From the IMG/VR virus record IMGVR_UViG_3300037474_000043: a stretch of DNA of 43,512 bases; one strand, 5' to 3'. The position numbers and the translations under genes were made by a program. Source of the DNA: a virus. Below are positions 41,710-43,512 of the stretch, in pieces. Positions within the stretch are counted from its first letter, which is position 1, and every line of letters begins with the position of its first letter. The notes below the pieces were generated by a model. The model ran no database searches. It was not told the origin of the DNA and saw only the letters and a list, made by a program, of their open reading frames with translations.

Positions 41710-41933
41710 TCGCTACTCCAGGTGCACTCCGCCAGTTCGCAGCCAAGGCCAGAAGCGAAGCGCAAGACTACCGCCAATGGGCTCACACCGCAACAGATCC
41801 ACATCGCAAGCGCAGATACGAGGCTTGGGCCGATGATCGCGACGAATGCGCCGACTGGTATCAGCAGCGTGCAGAGCGGGGCGAAATCACCGTGGAATAT
41901 TCCGTCATAGAAGAAAGGATGGCAGCAGAGTGA
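41706..41933 (+). CDS. hypothetical protein (75 aa)
   Basis: ATGA overlap; AGGAGA Shine-Dalgarno. Confidence 0.55.
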   Translation: MIATPGALRQFAAKARSEAQDYRQWAHTATDPHRKRRYEAWADDRDECADWYQQRAERGEITVEYSVIEERMAAE

Positions 41934-42625
41934 TCGAGACATCCGATGATATCAAGCACATCGCCATAGCTCTCATGGAATTTCAGGGCATGACGGATGG
42001 TGTTTTCCGTGGGTCCAACAACCCGCACTTCCGGTCGAAGTATGCAAATCTGGAAACCGTGATCGACACAGCTCGACCGGCTCTTCAGAAGGCTGGTATC
42101 GCATTCACCCAGACAGCCGGCATGATCACCGACGGCAACATGGAAATGACGACCATGCTTATCCATGCCCAGACGGGGCAATGGATCAAATCCACCATGC
42201 AGATACCGCTAGGGAAGCGTGATCCTCAAGGCGCTGGGTCAGCACAGACCTATGCGCAGCGTTACTCGCTGATGGCCATCCTTGGACTCCCACCGACAGA
42301 CGATGACGCAGAAGCCGCGATCGACCGAGATCATACACGGCCGGCGCCAGACGAGCCGCCGGTCAAATCATCGGCCCAGCTCAAGCGCGATGGAGCCTGG
42401 GAGACGATATCCGGCGAACTCCAGAACGACCTGATCGATTGCCATTCTCTCATCGGCCTCGAAAAGCTGAAAGACACCTACCGCAGCAAGGTCGCCGGCT
42501 GGACACCAGCTTGGAAGAACTCCCTCAAGGACATGTTCGATGCCCACGAAGACAAGCTGATCCGCCAACGTGAGGCGGAAGAGGCGGCCGATCACGTCAT
42601 GCACCCGCTGATGGCAGGAGAATAA
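41930..42625 (+). CDS. erf: ERF-family single-strand annealing recombinase
   Basis: [14 protein letters not shown]...GIAFTQT...HAQTGQW...[31 protein letters not shown] 41930 in a GTGA overlap. Confidence 0.85.
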   Translation: MIETSDDIKHIAIALMEFQGMTDGVFRGSNNPHFRSKYANLETVIDTARPALQKAGIAFTQTAGMITDGNMEMTTMLIHAQTGQWIKSTMQIPLGKRDPQGAGSAQTYAQRYSLMAILGLPPTDDDAEAAIDRDHTRPAPDEPPVKSSAQLKRDGAWETISGELQNDLIDCHSLIGLEKLKDTYRSKVAGWTPAWKNSLKDMFDAHEDKLIRQREAEEAADHVMHPLMAGE

Positions 42626-42626
42626 C

Positions 42627-42905
42627 ATGGCCTACGAGAAGCGCGACAATTCCGGGACGCTGTTCAAGAACACTCGGAAGCAGAAAGACACCCACGCCGA
42701 CTACGAGGGGTCAATCATCGTCGATGGCCGCGAATATTTCCTCAATGCCTGGATCAAGGAAGGGCAGAAGGGGAAGTTCATGAGCCTCGCTGTCAAGCCG
42801 AAGGCTGAACGGACGCAAGAGATGCGCAATCAGCCTCGTCGCGATGCCAGAGGCGAAAGCTACGGCAACAAAGGCCCATACGATGACGGAGAAATTCCTT
42901 TCTAG
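42627..42905 (+). CDS. small SSB-like protein with an acidic C-terminal tip
   Basis: Ends ...YDDGEIPF, like the SSB DDDIPF tail. Lies between erf and ninB. Confidence 0.5.
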   Translation: MAYEKRDNSGTLFKNTRKQKDTHADYEGSIIVDGREYFLNAWIKEGQKGKFMSLAVKPKAERTQEMRNQPRRDARGESYGNKGPYDDGEIPF

Positions 42906-42915
42906 GAGATAGGCC

Positions 42916-43410
42916 ATGACCATCCCGACCAAAGTACAAGTTACGATCCGTAGCAATGACGACCGCGCCAAGGTGGCAAAGTGGGCCAAGGATACAGGCC
43001 TTGGAACCGTTGTCGAGTTCAAGCGGCCGACAAGGTCAGTCGAGCAGAACGCTCTTCTCTGGAGCTGCTTATCGGACGTTTCCAGACAGGTGGAATGGTA
43101 CGGCCAATATCTCGGAGCAGAGGACTGGAAGGATATCTTCTCCGCATCCTTGCGCCATGCTCGCGTCGTGCCAGGTCTCGACAAGGGCACATTTGTCCCG
43201 CTCGGCATGCGGACCTCACAGATGACGATTGGCGAGATGAGCGATCTTCTTGAGCTGATCTACGCATTCGGCGCCGAGCATGGCGTCACATTCCACGATA
43301 CCGGCGACAGCCCCCGTTCCCCCCTGTCGCCTAACTCCCCAGCCGGGAGCCGCATTCTTCCGGCTGGGGATTCTTATAGAACATTGACATCGGCACAGCC
43401 GGGTAACTGA
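42916..43410 (+). CDS. ninB: NinB/Orf-family recombination mediator
   Basis: RSVEQNALLWSCLSDVSRQVEWYGQYLGAEDWKDIF closely parallels lambda NinB. Confidence 0.9.
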   Translation: MTIPTKVQVTIRSNDDRAKVAKWAKDTGLGTVVEFKRPTRSVEQNALLWSCLSDVSRQVEWYGQYLGAEDWKDIFSASLRHARVVPGLDKGTFVPLGMRTSQMTIGEMSDLLELIYAFGAEHGVTFHDTGDSPRSPLSPNSPAGSRILPAGDSYRTLTSAQPGN

Positions 43411-43512
43411 AGGACGGATTGAGATGAGCGAATACCTGTTGCTTAAGTGGGGCACCCTAAAAGGCTGGAATTTTGAAAAGCCAGAGACGCTCGCAGCTGC
43501 AAAGAAATACGC
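43386..43512. repeat. Terminal direct repeat, exact copy of 1..127
   Basis: Read directly. Confidence 0.95.
43424..43512 (+). CDS. duplicated 5' part of the gene at 39..296 (same gene, seen twice because of the terminal repeat)
   Basis: Identical to 39..127. Confidence 0.9.
   Translation, partial: MSEYLLLKWGTLKGWNFEKPETLAAAKKY

Noticed and set aside
1-43512. CRISPR arrays, rRNA genes, transposase or IS elements.
   Set aside because: No spaced direct repeats, no rRNA-like sequence and no transposase-like ORFs were seen anywhere in the window.

Overview
The window is a complete, gene-dense temperate phage genome of about 43.4 kb unique sequence, not a piece of a bacterial chromosome. The first 127 nt are repeated exactly at the end (1-127 = 43386-43512), and genes run across that junction, so the record is circularly closed or terminally redundant.

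Layout:
1. A plus-strand early/recombination arm runs 39462 -> 43410 -> junction -> 4792. It carries an ERF annealase, a mini SSB-like protein, NinB, a Lar-type zinc-ribbon protein, an HNH nuclease, an excisionase-like HTH and a tyrosine integrase. It ends at an attP holding the 3' half of a tRNA-Val(CAC)-like gene (4911-4959).
2. An immunity switch lies at 37892-39400, with divergent Cro-like and CI-like HTH genes. The same 13-bp palindrome GGACAAwTTGTCC sits in the spacer of two outward-facing promoters.
3. A minus-strand early arm runs 38098 -> 30094. It carries an XRE regulator, an orphan DNA methyltransferase, RusA, a second Lar-like protein, a DnaA-domain-IV protein and a NusG/RfaH-like protein.
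4. A 640-nt untranslated leader containing an intrinsic terminator lies at 29455-30093.
5. A minus-strand late operon runs 29454 -> 5483. It carries terminase, portal, scaffold, major capsid, large ejection-type proteins, tail fibre, a pectate-lyase-type tailspike, and a lysis cassette with a GH19-type endolysin, a holin and overlapped spanins.

No tape-measure, sheath or tube genes are visible, so the virion is podovirus-like by inference. High GC, strong Shine-Dalgarno use and the protein families suggest an alphaproteobacterial (Rhizobiales-like) host, also by inference.

Genes are tightly coupled through ATGA, GTGA and TAATG stop/start overlaps. Many true starts are therefore internal to the longest ORFs in the supplied track.

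All functional calls come from motif recognition in the translations. No database search was run.

Most interesting loci:
- About 0.8 kb of ORF-poor sequence lies downstream of the repressor gene and is closed by a plus-strand terminator (38596-39313).
- A possible NusG-paralog/terminator late-gene switch spans 29455-30947.
- Two opposite-strand cargo genes sit inside the tail module (8296-8604, 12910-13164).
- A GNAT-like gene sits among the ejection proteins (18321-18773).
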